64,000 nucleotides of DNA from a virus: positions 9,456-73,455 of the IMG/VR virus record IMGVR_UViG_3300032326_000853; one strand, given 5' to 3'. The notes under the pieces were generated by a model. That model was not told the origin of the DNA, made no database searches, and saw only the letters and a list, made by a program, of their open reading frames with translations. A program made the position numbers and the translations under genes. Numbering within the stretch: the first letter of the stretch is position 1; each line of letters opens with the position of its first letter. Below are positions 28,285-37,251 of this stretch, piece by piece.

Positions 28285-28683
28285 ATGTCATATACAAACA
28301 ATCCAACTTCAATACTTGCAGGAACAGGTATTACAGTTACACCCACAACTGGCACCGGTGCCAACACTATTACTATTGCTGCCACTGGCGTAGTAATCAC
28401 AGCAATTAGAATTGCCATAGCGACCCCCGTAGTAGTAGCACCTACAGATGCAGCCGTTAGTGTACAAGTTCCAGGACCTGTACCTGTGGCTGTTACATTG
28501 CCGATTGGCGTAACTGGCCAAACTTTTATCATCAAAGATGGTCTAGGCTTGGCTAGTGTTGCAACACCTATTACTATTACACCCGCCGCAGGTAGTATTG
28601 ATGGCGCTATCACAGCTACAATTACAGCACCTTATGGTTCATTGACAATGATCTATGACGGTGTACAGTGGTTACTAACTTAA
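28285..28683 (+). CDS. Fibre-like protein sharing the C-terminal domain (family member 2)
   Basis: 'LPIGVTGQTFIIKDGLGLAS..TPITI....GSIDGAITATI.APYGSLTMIYDGVQW'. Confidence 0.5.
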   Translation: MSYTNNPTSILAGTGITVTPTTGTGANTITIAATGVVITAIRIAIATPVVVAPTDAAVSVQVPGPVPVAVTLPIGVTGQTFIIKDGLGLASVATPITITPAAGSIDGAITATITAPYGSLTMIYDGVQWLLT

Positions 28684-28689
28684 TCAATT

Positions 28690-29163
28690 ATGGCCTACAA
28701 TAGACAACCACAAACAGTATTAGCGGGGATGGCGCTAAAGCAAAATCCTCCTCCAACCATCTTACAACCTGCCGGAATTGTTGCAGTGACATTAGATGCT
28801 GACATAGCAACTACCGCCAGCCTGGGCGTAGTCCAAATTGGCAGTGGCTTGTCTATTACTCCCGGCGGTGTATTGTCAGCAACAGGAAGCAGTAGTGGCT
28901 TACTCAACGTAAAATTAACATCCATTGACTATACTGCTACAGTATCTGATTATTACATTGGTGCTACTAAGAAAGACATTGAAATAACTTTACCTTTAGG
29001 AGTAACCGGTAAAGTTTATATTGCCAAAAATCAAGTCAGCGGAAATATCAAGGTTAAAGCATCAGGTGGACAAAAAATAGACACGGCATCTGATGTAAAT
29101 CTGGGCACAAATAACAGCATTGTTGTTGTGTTTGACGGTACACGATGGAACGTCATTGAATAA
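28690..29163 (+). CDS. Fibre-like protein sharing the C-terminal domain (family member 3)
   Basis: 'LPLGVTGKVYIAKNQVSGNIKV.ASGGQKID......LG.N.SIVVVFDGTRW'. Confidence 0.5.
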   Translation: MAYNRQPQTVLAGMALKQNPPPTILQPAGIVAVTLDADIATTASLGVVQIGSGLSITPGGVLSATGSSSGLLNVKLTSIDYTATVSDYYIGATKKDIEITLPLGVTGKVYIAKNQVSGNIKVKASGGQKIDTASDVNLGTNNSIVVVFDGTRWNVIE

Positions 29164-29176
29164 AAGGAAATAAATC

Positions 29177-29824
29177 ATGTATAAAAAAATTACACATACC
29201 ATTGTCGAAGAGCACTTCGATCATCCCATGGGCGTTGGCATTGCAGCCAACGTAGGCCTACCCAAATTGGGGCGCCACACAATTGCCGAAGTTATGTCAA
29301 GTGGTCAATTCAAGACCTACGTTGACAACTATTTTATGGAAACAGAAGACAAGCTGGTTGAATTTGCTAACGCAACATTTGACGAGAATCTTGATTTCCA
29401 GTCTGCTATTGCCAATGCTATGAATTACGAATCTCTAGGCAACACCTTGGGCAAATATTACGATGTTGAATTCCAGGAACGCTTTAATCAGAACATGGGC
29501 ATTTGGATTATGCAATTGTTGTACTACTGGAGAAACTCTATTCGTAAACTTGACAACAAAGAGACCCTAGCAAGACTAAAGACTCAAGCCTGGGCCATGT
29601 CACAAATAATGAATCAGTACAACAACTACTGGGACAGAGATATTCTAAGAGCACTACTAGACGACTTCCTTGGAGAGTTCGTAAACTTAGGCAATGCTAA
29701 ATTGGCAAAAAACAAGGCCAACGAAACTGCTTCCTTGGATCGCATTGCAGCCGCTGGTTCAAAACTATCCAACTATCTTGCCAATGGTGTTATACAACAG
29801 CACCCCGAGTTGTTTAGTGTCTAA
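29177..29824 (+). CDS. Hypothetical protein (paralog of 26300..26968)
   Basis: See 26300..26968. Confidence 0.45.
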   Translation: MYKKITHTIVEEHFDHPMGVGIAANVGLPKLGRHTIAEVMSSGQFKTYVDNYFMETEDKLVEFANATFDENLDFQSAIANAMNYESLGNTLGKYYDVEFQERFNQNMGIWIMQLLYYWRNSIRKLDNKETLARLKTQAWAMSQIMNQYNNYWDRDILRALLDDFLGEFVNLGNAKLAKNKANETASLDRIAAAGSKLSNYLANGVIQQHPELFSV

Positions 29825-30501
29825 TGCCCAAACAAGCAGTTGACCTTAGAGAATGGGCCAGTCCCGTTGAAGAACAATGGCAACTGGGTAGTTGCACTGC
29901 ACAGGCAGTAATCGGTGCTTATGAATTATTGACTAAGATGCACTACCCAGACCAATTTGTTGATCTAAGTAGATTGTTTTTGTACTACAATGCTAGAAAA
30001 ATTGCAGGCGACGTAGAAGAAGATGTTGGGGCGTATGTTTCAACTGCTTTGACGGCAATTGAGTTATACGGACTTTGTAGGGAAGATCTATGGCCATATG
30101 ATGCTGGCCGATTCAAAGTTGAACCTGGATATAAATGCTATCGCGATGCCAAAATGCGATCTATAACCAACGTTCGTGAAGTTACTTCACATGACATGAT
30201 CATTGACATGCTTGATCGTCAGTATCCAGTTGTAGTTGGTGTTGCTGTTTATTCAGGATTTGACTCTATTGACAATCAAACAACAACTTTAAAAATGCCT
30301 ATGACTGCTGAGGAGCCCATTGGTAGTCATGCCATGTGCATTGTTGGATACAATGATGCCCGGCAAGCATTTTTAGTAAGAAACAGCTTTGGTGACGACT
30401 GGGGCGAAGGCGGATATTTTTGGGTTCCCTTTGTGTACGCAGACGAAAATTTTTCAGATATGTGGACTTTTGATGTGAAATTAAACGGTATAAACAGTTA
30501 A
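29824..30501 (+). CDS. Papain-like cysteine protease (peptidase C1 family)
   Basis: 'EEQWQLGSCTAQAV' (the QxxxGSCWA Cys motif). 'GSHAMCIVGYND' (His) and 'FLVRNSFGDDWGEGGYFWV' (the Asn-Ser-Trp-Gly motif). Confidence 0.65.
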   Translation: MPKQAVDLREWASPVEEQWQLGSCTAQAVIGAYELLTKMHYPDQFVDLSRLFLYYNARKIAGDVEEDVGAYVSTALTAIELYGLCREDLWPYDAGRFKVEPGYKCYRDAKMRSITNVREVTSHDMIIDMLDRQYPVVVGVAVYSGFDSIDNQTTTLKMPMTAEEPIGSHAMCIVGYNDARQAFLVRNSFGDDWGEGGYFWVPFVYADENFSDMWTFDVKLNGINS

Positions 30502-30525
30502 AAACAGTTAATACCCAAGTATTAC

Positions 30526-30627
30526 CTTTTTGTTGCTAAAAAACAACACTTTTTGACCAAAAAAAGCTCAAAAAACAGCCCAAAATGCCAGAAAAAGGTT
30601 GACCATCTGGACCAGAACCAGTATAAT
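30526..30627 (+). promoter_or_regulatory. Promoter-operator cassette, copy B: TTGTTGC..CAACA IR, 'CAGCCCAAAATGCC' box. It has TTGACC-17-TATAAT with a TCTGGaCCAGA palindrome in the spacer.
   Basis: ttgacc at 30599-604 and tataat at 30622-27. Gene with AGGAG RBS at 30661. Confidence 0.6.
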
Positions 30628-30660
30628 ACATACATAGCGAAACAAAACAGGAGTTAGAAG

Positions 30661-30888
30661 ATGACAGAATTTGAAAGCAAGTGCTACGGAATGTCCGAAG
30701 CTCAAATCCGCGAAGAGTACATGAACAGCATCACTGCTAAGTTTAGCGGACTTGAAATGGTTGCTATGGGTGTGTTGTCAGACTCCCAAGAATTGCTTGC
30801 AATGGGTCGCAACGAACAAGCCCGTAAACAAATCAACATTGCCAAATTCATCCTGTCAGAAATGATGGATGCACGAGTTTCAGCTTAA
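30661..30888 (+). CDS. Hypothetical small protein
   Basis: AGGAG RBS. Downstream of repeated promoter B. Confidence 0.45.
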   Translation: MTEFESKCYGMSEAQIREEYMNSITAKFSGLEMVAMGVLSDSQELLAMGRNEQARKQINIAKFILSEMMDARVSA

Positions 30889-30903
30889 CTTAAGGAGATC
30901 ACA

Positions 30904-31182
30904 ATGAGCTATGTAATCGTCTCTAAAGGCACTGGCCTTATTGTTACTGATGGTCCTAACAAGACCCGTGCTTACAAAACTTTTGGTGCCGCTAAGGCGA
31001 CCCGTACTCGTCTCTGCAACAAAGCAGGTTGGAGCGAAAACGAATTGCACATTGTTGCTCGCGACACTTACCAGGCTCCCAAGATCACTGTTAAGAATCT
31101 TATGAGCGGCAAGAATGTTGTTATCGATGCAGACACTCCTTGGTGTTGCAACCCTGCCAGCGAAACTTATTGGTCAATGTAA
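30904..31182 (+). CDS. Hypothetical small protein
   Basis: AAGGAGATCACAATG. Confidence 0.45.
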   Translation: MSYVIVSKGTGLIVTDGPNKTRAYKTFGAAKATRTRLCNKAGWSENELHIVARDTYQAPKITVKNLMSGKNVVIDADTPWCCNPASETYWSM

Positions 31183-31197
31183 TAAAGGAATTTAATT

Positions 31198-31422
31198 ATG
31201 AATGCAAATGTAGAAAACCTTATCAACAAATACTCAGAGATTCTGGACCGAAATCCCTTGGATCAAATGGAAGATACTCAAAGTATCTTGACTAAATTTA
31301 CACAGGCCTTGGCCACAGAACTAGGTGAGATTCTAGTAGCAAGTCCTTACAACGAGGGAGTTCAGATGTACTTTGACGAGAAGATTGCTCGCTACGAAGT
31401 TAAAAAAGCTGTTGGACTATAA
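31198..31422 (+). CDS. Hypothetical small protein
   Basis: AAAGGAATTTAATTATG. Confidence 0.45.
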   Translation: MNANVENLINKYSEILDRNPLDQMEDTQSILTKFTQALATELGEILVASPYNEGVQMYFDEKIARYEVKKAVGL

Positions 31423-31425
31423 AAT

Positions 31426-31600
31426 GATTCGAATAATTTTCTTTTGGTTGATCCTATTTGCCCTGTTCTTTTTTGGCATAAAATTTCTTAGAAGTTTGTC
31501 CGGAAGCGAAGCATGGGCATTGACAAAGCTAGTGACCTATGCTATACTTTGCTCACTGCTAACAACAGCATTCTTAATTTTTATTGTCATTCTTTTTTAA
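31426..31600 (+). CDS. Small two-TM membrane protein
   Basis: MIRIIFFWLILFALFFFGIKF ... AILCSLLTTAFLIFIVILF. Confidence 0.35.
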
Positions 31601-31609
31601 AGGTTCACT

Positions 31610-32404
31610 ATGAAACGCATTGCAACTCTTTCCCTTATTGCGGCCGCTGTCTTGGCCACTGGCTGTACTCGAATCGAAACCGGTGAGGTTGGTGTTCGTG
31701 TTGGATTTGACAAGCAGGTTCAGCCTGGCGAATTGCTACCAGGTTCTTTCAATCAAGTCTTGATTGGTGATGTGCTTACATTCCCTATCAAGGATGTCAA
31801 TGTTGCACTTAACGACATGACTCCCGTGGCCGCAGACAACAGCACAATGAAAGACTTTGATGCTGTGGTTGTTTATAACATCAACCCTCAACAGGTAGCA
31901 GAACTGTACAGTACCAAGAACAAGGCATTCCATGCTGAGATGAAGGGTGACACTTATGTAATGTACAACTACATTGTTCAAAATGCTCGTAATGCTATCT
32001 ACAAGGCCGCACGTAAGTATGAAGCCTTGGACATGGCCGACAAGCGAAGCGAAATGGAAAAGTTTATCCAAGATGAAATCGTTCGCAATTTGGCAGAAGA
32101 AAAACTAGACGGTACTATCATGATCAGTCAAGTCTTGATTCGTAATGTTGTGCCAGCAGATTCAGTTGTTGAAAGTGCCAACGCACTGGTCCGTGCCAAG
32201 AACGAACTCAAGCAAAAGGAAGTTGAAGTTAAAACTGCCGAAGCTGAAAGCCGTCGTATGGCCGCATTGGCAAATAACAGTGCCAGCTCAATTGCGTTTA
32301 TGCAAGCACAGGCCATGTTAAATATCTCAGAAGGTATTAAAGCAGGCAAAGTGCAGACTATTGTTGTTCCCAGTAACTTTAACGCACTCATGATGCCCAA
32401 ATAA
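31610..32404 (+). CDS. SPFH/band-7 domain lipoprotein
   Basis: Lipobox 'VLATGCT'. Band-7-like 'EVGVRVGFDKQVQPGEL ... VKTAEAESRRMAALA' C-terminal Ala/Glu-rich helix. Confidence 0.55.
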   Translation: MKRIATLSLIAAAVLATGCTRIETGEVGVRVGFDKQVQPGELLPGSFNQVLIGDVLTFPIKDVNVALNDMTPVAADNSTMKDFDAVVVYNINPQQVAELYSTKNKAFHAEMKGDTYVMYNYIVQNARNAIYKAARKYEALDMADKRSEMEKFIQDEIVRNLAEEKLDGTIMISQVLIRNVVPADSVVESANALVRAKNELKQKEVEVKTAEAESRRMAALANNSASSIAFMQAQAMLNISEGIKAGKVQTIVVPSNFNALMMPK

Positions 32405-32722
32405 ATGGGCAAGATGACACCTGAAGAGTTAGAAGAACTTTGGAAGTTTGTCTTGACACCTAAAATTAAAAAACCTATCAAGAGTGTAGTGCCAACCGAA
32501 CTACACTATGACCTAATGGGGCGGGAGTTCAAAGAAGGCCAGTACGTTGCAGTCAGTGACGGTGGCCTTTATATTGCTCAGGTAAAACGCTTCACTCCTA
32601 AAATGGTCGAAGTAGAAAAGGTTGGTAGCAAGTATCGTAGCAAGCGATTAAAGTACGCAAGCGATATGGTTATTCTTGATGGGCCCGATGTGTTTATGTG
32701 GGTGCTGGCCAATGGACTTTAA
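32405..32722 (+). CDS. Hypothetical protein
   Basis: ATGGGC overlapping the upstream stop. Confidence 0.4.
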   Translation: MGKMTPEELEELWKFVLTPKIKKPIKSVVPTELHYDLMGREFKEGQYVAVSDGGLYIAQVKRFTPKMVEVEKVGSKYRSKRLKYASDMVILDGPDVFMWVLANGL

Positions 32723-32957
32723 AAACAAAGATGACGCACATGACTTCTTGGTAAAAATTGGTGCCATTCGTCCCAATGAGCGTACCTTGCAAGGGCAAGA
32801 AAAAGAAGAGATGATGCTTATCTTAAAGATCCTTACTCCCACACACTCAACAAACAATCAACGGTTCATCAACGAGCACTACAGGTATGGCAATTTTGAA
32901 TATTCAGTTACATTTTTTGATGAATCCGAATACGAAATCATTGAGATTGAATCATAA
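32712..32957 (+). CDS. Hypothetical protein
   Basis: ORF with start near 32712. The ORF track gives 32676. Confidence 0.3.
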   Translation: MDFKNKDDAHDFLVKIGAIRPNERTLQGQEKEEMMLILKILTPTHSTNNQRFINEHYRYGNFEYSVTFFDESEYEIIEIES

Positions 32958-32993
32958 CTCATAATTACATAATAGTTTTAAAGGAAACCAAGA

Positions 32994-33194
32994 ATGGCAG
33001 ATATTATCGATGACGCACAAGAAGCAATGGAAGCGGCCGAAGAACTTCGACGAGCCACTGCAAAGGCATTCAAGCCAATTCGTACGGGCTTTTGCCTTGA
33101 GTGCGAAGAACCAACAGAGTTTACATTCTGTTGTGTAGATTGCAGGGACTCCCACGAAAAACGAGAGAAGATGAAGGCCATCAACGGCAAATGA
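32994..33194 (+). CDS. Small zinc-ribbon protein (CxxC...CxxC)
   Basis: 'CLECEEPTEFTFCCVDC'. AAAGGAAACCAAGAATG RBS. Confidence 0.4.
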   Translation: MADIIDDAQEAMEAAEELRRATAKAFKPIRTGFCLECEEPTEFTFCCVDCRDSHEKREKMKAINGK

Positions 33195-33231
33195 TGTAGT
33201 TACCGTAAAATGCAGTTCAGGTAAATATCTG

Positions 33232-34455
33232 ATGCGTTTACGTGAACTATTATCAGAAGTCAAAATTGACAACAAAGACGGGGCAGGTGCAGTTCCTTTT
33301 AATCAAGACATTGATTACTTTGGACTACGCACCACAATGCGTCCAAGTACATTCTTGCGATTGGCTGCTCCGCTGGGACAAGAACACAGCGCCAAGCTAG
33401 AAAAATACATTGCTGACGGTGGTGCAATTGGCGCCCCATTCTTAGACATTAAAATCCCCCAGGAATGGGACGACGGCGACTTTTCTAAGCCTGCACAAGT
33501 TGCGGGACATGAAGGTCGCAATCGCATGACTGCTATTAAAAAGCTAGAAGGCGATGCGCCTGTTGAAGTACATATTTTACCACGTGGCGGATATCGTGCT
33601 AGAGACATTACTCCAGAATTCAAAGCCGCCCTGGCCAAGAGCTTGTATGCAGAAAAAAGTACATCGTTAGTGACAGGCCCGCTATTTGAAGATGAACTAG
33701 AAGAAGGATGGAAAGACACTATGGCCAACTTGGCCATTGCTGGTGGCATTGCTGCCGGTGGTATAGGAGGCATGGCTGCAAAACAGGCGGCGCAAGATTA
33801 CTTTAAAGAGCCTACTGCGGCAGTAGCTCAGGCAACAACAAAAGCACCAGAAGTTCCAAAGACATTTGCACAAGCCAAATCTGCACCAAGTGCGCCTGCT
33901 GCCGTTAAAGCAGAGCCCAAACCTGAAGTACAGAAAAAACTCAATGTACAACCTATTACTGGCAATCCTTTGGAAGCTACGTTATTAAAAGTTGCCAAAT
34001 CTTCTGGCCTACAAGGTTCCGAACTTGCGGCATTTATGGCTCAATGTGCTCATGAAACCTTGGACTTTAAACGTCTGGTAGAATTTGGCGGTAGCTTAGA
34101 CTTCCGCAAATATGATCCAAAATATGCACCCAAGAAAGCCAAGGCCCTAGGCAACAAGCAAGTGGGAGATGGTGCCAAATACAAAGGTCGTGGCTTTATT
34201 CAAATCACTGGCCGTTACAATTACAAACGTGCAGGGGAAGCACTGGGCTTAGATTTAGTAAATCATCCAGAATTAGCCGAAGATCCAGCAACAGCAGCCA
34301 AGATTGCTGTTTGGTTTTGGAAGCATAGAGTGCAACCCAACGTAGACAACTTTAAAAATACCACTGATGTTACCAAGCAAATTAACCCCGGCATGCGAGG
34401 ATTAGAACAGCGCAAGGATAACTTTGCTGATTACATGCAAGTTGCCATGCGATAA
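33232..34455 (+). CDS. Glycoside hydrolase family 19 (chitinase/lysozyme-like) peptidoglycan hydrolase. It has a 250-aa N-terminal extension and an internal Ala/Gly-rich hydrophobic segment.
   Basis: GH19 motifs 'FMAQCAHETLDF', 'YKGRGFIQITGRYNY', 'AVWFWKHR'. N-terminal MRLRELL motif. Segment 'MANLAIAGGIAAGGIGGMAAKQAA'. Confidence 0.7.
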   Translation: MRLRELLSEVKIDNKDGAGAVPFNQDIDYFGLRTTMRPSTFLRLAAPLGQEHSAKLEKYIADGGAIGAPFLDIKIPQEWDDGDFSKPAQVAGHEGRNRMTAIKKLEGDAPVEVHILPRGGYRARDITPEFKAALAKSLYAEKSTSLVTGPLFEDELEEGWKDTMANLAIAGGIAAGGIGGMAAKQAAQDYFKEPTAAVAQATTKAPEVPKTFAQAKSAPSAPAAVKAEPKPEVQKKLNVQPITGNPLEATLLKVAKSSGLQGSELAAFMAQCAHETLDFKRLVEFGGSLDFRKYDPKYAPKKAKALGNKQVGDGAKYKGRGFIQITGRYNYKRAGEALGLDLVNHPELAEDPATAAKIAVWFWKHRVQPNVDNFKNTTDVTKQINPGMRGLEQRKDNFADYMQVAMR

Positions 34456-34547
34456 CGGTATATTTTGAACTAGCTCAAGTCTAGCCAAAAAACTAAATAT
34501 AATACACGGTTGTAGAAGACCCTACAACTACAATTAAAGGAAAAGAA

Positions 34548-34853
34548 ATGTTATCATTTTTAAAGAAGCTGTTTGGTTTTGGTAGCACACCAGCCTCAGA
34601 AGCACCATACAAGGTTGAAGTTACACAGCAAGGGGTTATTGCCGTAGGCGAGCCGCCAGCAACAGTAGCAATTCCAGTTGCAGGATTAATGTTGCCAGTT
34701 GAAGGTGCAGGCGCAGTTGAAGTTGTACCAGTTGCAGACGCTACAGTTCCAGTTGTTGCTGAAAAGAAGCCACGTGCCAAAAAGCCAGCCGCTGAAAAGA
34801 AACCAGCCGCTGAAAAGAAACCACGTGCCAAGAAAGCTCCCAAGGCTGAATAA
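34548..34853 (+). CDS. Small basic protein with histone-H1-like (KPAAEKK)n C-terminal repeats
   Basis: 'AEKKPRAKKPAAEKKPAAEKKPRAKKAPKAE'. AAAGGAAAAGAAATG RBS. Confidence 0.5.
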   Translation: MLSFLKKLFGFGSTPASEAPYKVEVTQQGVIAVGEPPATVAIPVAGLMLPVEGAGAVEVVPVADATVPVVAEKKPRAKKPAAEKKPAAEKKPRAKKAPKAE

Positions 34854-35668
34854 TGTTTTTGTCTGACATCACTCCACGTGTAACTGTATATGAATCCCTG
34901 CAACAGGTGAATGGCCGCTGGGCCCGCGTCAATACAGAAACAAATACCGTGGTAGAAATGTATCATGGAGCCAAGGATATTATTCTAGAGGGTGGCAATG
35001 TATTCAAAGATGCAGAAGGTAAGGAACTAACACAGCGTATCAATCAAGCTGATGTAGAACCAACTATTCGCTTCTTGGAAAAGATCACTGGTATCCCGCA
35101 TTTTGAACATGCACTAGGTACAACTGGCAAGACTCCCACAAGCGGAGACTTGGATATTGGTATTCCGCCTGGTATCACCAAAGAAGAATTGGTCAACAAA
35201 CTAAGTCAATGGTGCAGTCAACACGGTGAAGATTCCAAGGCCTTTATTAGAAAGTCTGGTATTAGCGTACACTTCAAAGCACCTATTGGTGGCAGTCCTG
35301 AGCGTGGTTATGTACAAACTGACTTTATGTTTGTGCCCAACTTAGACTTTGCAAAGTTTGCTATGGCAGCAGACCCACACAGTAAGTTCCGTGGCGCCCA
35401 TAAACAAATTTTGCTAAGTAGCATTGCTAAAGTAAAAGGCTATACTTGGAATCCAACAACCGGTCTCATTGATCGTGCCACTAAAAAATTAGTAGACAAT
35501 GGAGACAATCCAGATCATGTATCTGAATTGTTGTTTGGTCCAGGATTTGATCGTACTAGTCTGACCAGTGTTGAAGCTGTACTTAAAGCACTGGAAAATA
35601 ATCCCCAGCGTGAAGAGTTATTAGCCGATGCTAGAGAAACATTGGGCCGCGAAGGGGTTGAAATTTAA
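34853..35668 (+). CDS. Hypothetical protein, possible Pol-beta-superfamily nucleotidyltransferase fold
   Basis: 'LGTTGKTPTSGDLDIGI' resembles the hG[GS]x9-13DhDh signature. A possible third carboxylate lies in 'VQTDFMF'. Confidence 0.3.
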   Translation: MFLSDITPRVTVYESLQQVNGRWARVNTETNTVVEMYHGAKDIILEGGNVFKDAEGKELTQRINQADVEPTIRFLEKITGIPHFEHALGTTGKTPTSGDLDIGIPPGITKEELVNKLSQWCSQHGEDSKAFIRKSGISVHFKAPIGGSPERGYVQTDFMFVPNLDFAKFAMAADPHSKFRGAHKQILLSSIAKVKGYTWNPTTGLIDRATKKLVDNGDNPDHVSELLFGPGFDRTSLTSVEAVLKALENNPQREELLADARETLGREGVEI

Positions 35669-35669
35669 A

Positions 35670-37175
35670 ATGTTATTACGTCATATATTTGAAACTAGAA
35701 TTGAAGTACTAATCGAGGGCCGCGGTTTGGCTGCTCGACTACCTGGTGAGCAATTTAAAAATCCACAAGGTGATGTTATCACATTTCAAAGCCTAGACTT
35801 TTTCCCCGAGCGTGGTCAGTTTGCCAGTGCTGAAGAAATGCAAGTAGAAATTGATGCTCAAAAAGCTGGTAAAAATATTCATTGGACCAATAAGCAAAAT
35901 GCAGGTACCTTGGCATTTGCCATTGCTACATTTACAGATGCTGACAAAAAGGCCTATTACCTAGGTCGCTATTACAAAACAATCAGTGCTAACCGTATTC
36001 AAAACGATTGGCAACATACAGATATTCCAGGTGGCTTTAAGTACCAAAGCAAGTTGGGACAAAAAGAAAACACAGGCTACAAGCCAAGTGAGATCTTGAA
36101 ACAGTTCAAAGACAACACAGTAGATACCATTGCTAAACAAATTATCACTAAATTTGGACAAGGCAGTGACGAAGTTGTTGCGCTAAATGCGTTCTTGACT
36201 GCTAATAAGTTTCCTATTACGTTCCCCAAGGGCAACATTAACATGACTGCGTTCCGCGATTACTTCTGCGAAATGCTACAGCCAATGGCCTTGTTAATGG
36301 AAAAGCCTATTAAAGGTAATGCAGGCGAAGCCGCTGATATCTTCTTTGGTAGTGGTGGATACAAAGGCTGTACTGTTAGTTTCAATGCCGCAGTAAGTGG
36401 CGGATTGTACGACAGCTTGCTGGTCAGTCCCGAAGGCAAACAAATTAAGTTATCAAGTAAAGGTGCGTCTGGTGCAAGTGCTTCCGTTGTTAACTTGTTA
36501 AAGAGTATTAACGAATTAAAGGTTGCTCCTAAAGGACAAATCTTACTTGAAAAGCACAAAGTAGTTGTTGAAATCTTAAAAGATATTGACGCTAAAGGTC
36601 ACTTTGGTGCACCGCTAAAGTTAGCAGTAGACTACAAAATGATCACTGCTGATGACGCTACATTTGCAATGACATTAAAGAAGTACGGTCCCGATGATCA
36701 AATTGATTGGGCAGGACACTCTACACTAGAAGCATTGTACAACGGCCGCAAGGCACGTGACATGCGTGTTATTATTCCTATGGAACACATGATCAGTGCT
36801 ATTGCTTATAAAGTTGCTGACTATGTAAATGAAAATACCAATTTTGGTAAAGCGGCTTCTGACATTCTAAACCACTCTGCCTTGGTGCAGATGTACACAA
36901 ATTGTTCCGAAACCAAGGATACAATCAGCATTGATAGCTTTAATGCTGTATACCCAAGTGAAACCGTTACAGGCGTTTTACTTGATGCCAGTAAGGCTTA
37001 CATGAGCACACAGGGTAAAGGCAACTTTACATTCAAGATTCTTAAGAATGGTGCCAAAGAAGTTGATGTACCAGACGAAGCAGAAGAGCCAGTAGCGGCT
37101 CCAAAGCCTAAGAAGATTGCGCCCAAAGACAAGCCTGCTATGACTACTACTAGCACTACTCGCCAGCTAAAATAA
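35670..37175 (+). CDS. Hypothetical protein
   Basis: 515-aa ORF in the track (35628). Start likely at the ATG at 35670 right after the upstream stop. Confidence 0.45.
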   Translation: MLLRHIFETRIEVLIEGRGLAARLPGEQFKNPQGDVITFQSLDFFPERGQFASAEEMQVEIDAQKAGKNIHWTNKQNAGTLAFAIATFTDADKKAYYLGRYYKTISANRIQNDWQHTDIPGGFKYQSKLGQKENTGYKPSEILKQFKDNTVDTIAKQIITKFGQGSDEVVALNAFLTANKFPITFPKGNINMTAFRDYFCEMLQPMALLMEKPIKGNAGEAADIFFGSGGYKGCTVSFNAAVSGGLYDSLLVSPEGKQIKLSSKGASGASASVVNLLKSINELKVAPKGQILLEKHKVVVEILKDIDAKGHFGAPLKLAVDYKMITADDATFAMTLKKYGPDDQIDWAGHSTLEALYNGRKARDMRVIIPMEHMISAIAYKVADYVNENTNFGKAASDILNHSALVQMYTNCSETKDTISIDSFNAVYPSETVTGVLLDASKAYMSTQGKGNFTFKILKNGAKEVDVPDEAEEPVAAPKPKKIAPKDKPAMTTTSTTRQLK

Positions 37176-37251
37176 CATTAAGTAGCACTTTTTTAATTTT
37201 TAAAGAACTTTTAAATACTAAAGTAGAGAATTTGGTCTCTACTTTAGTAAT

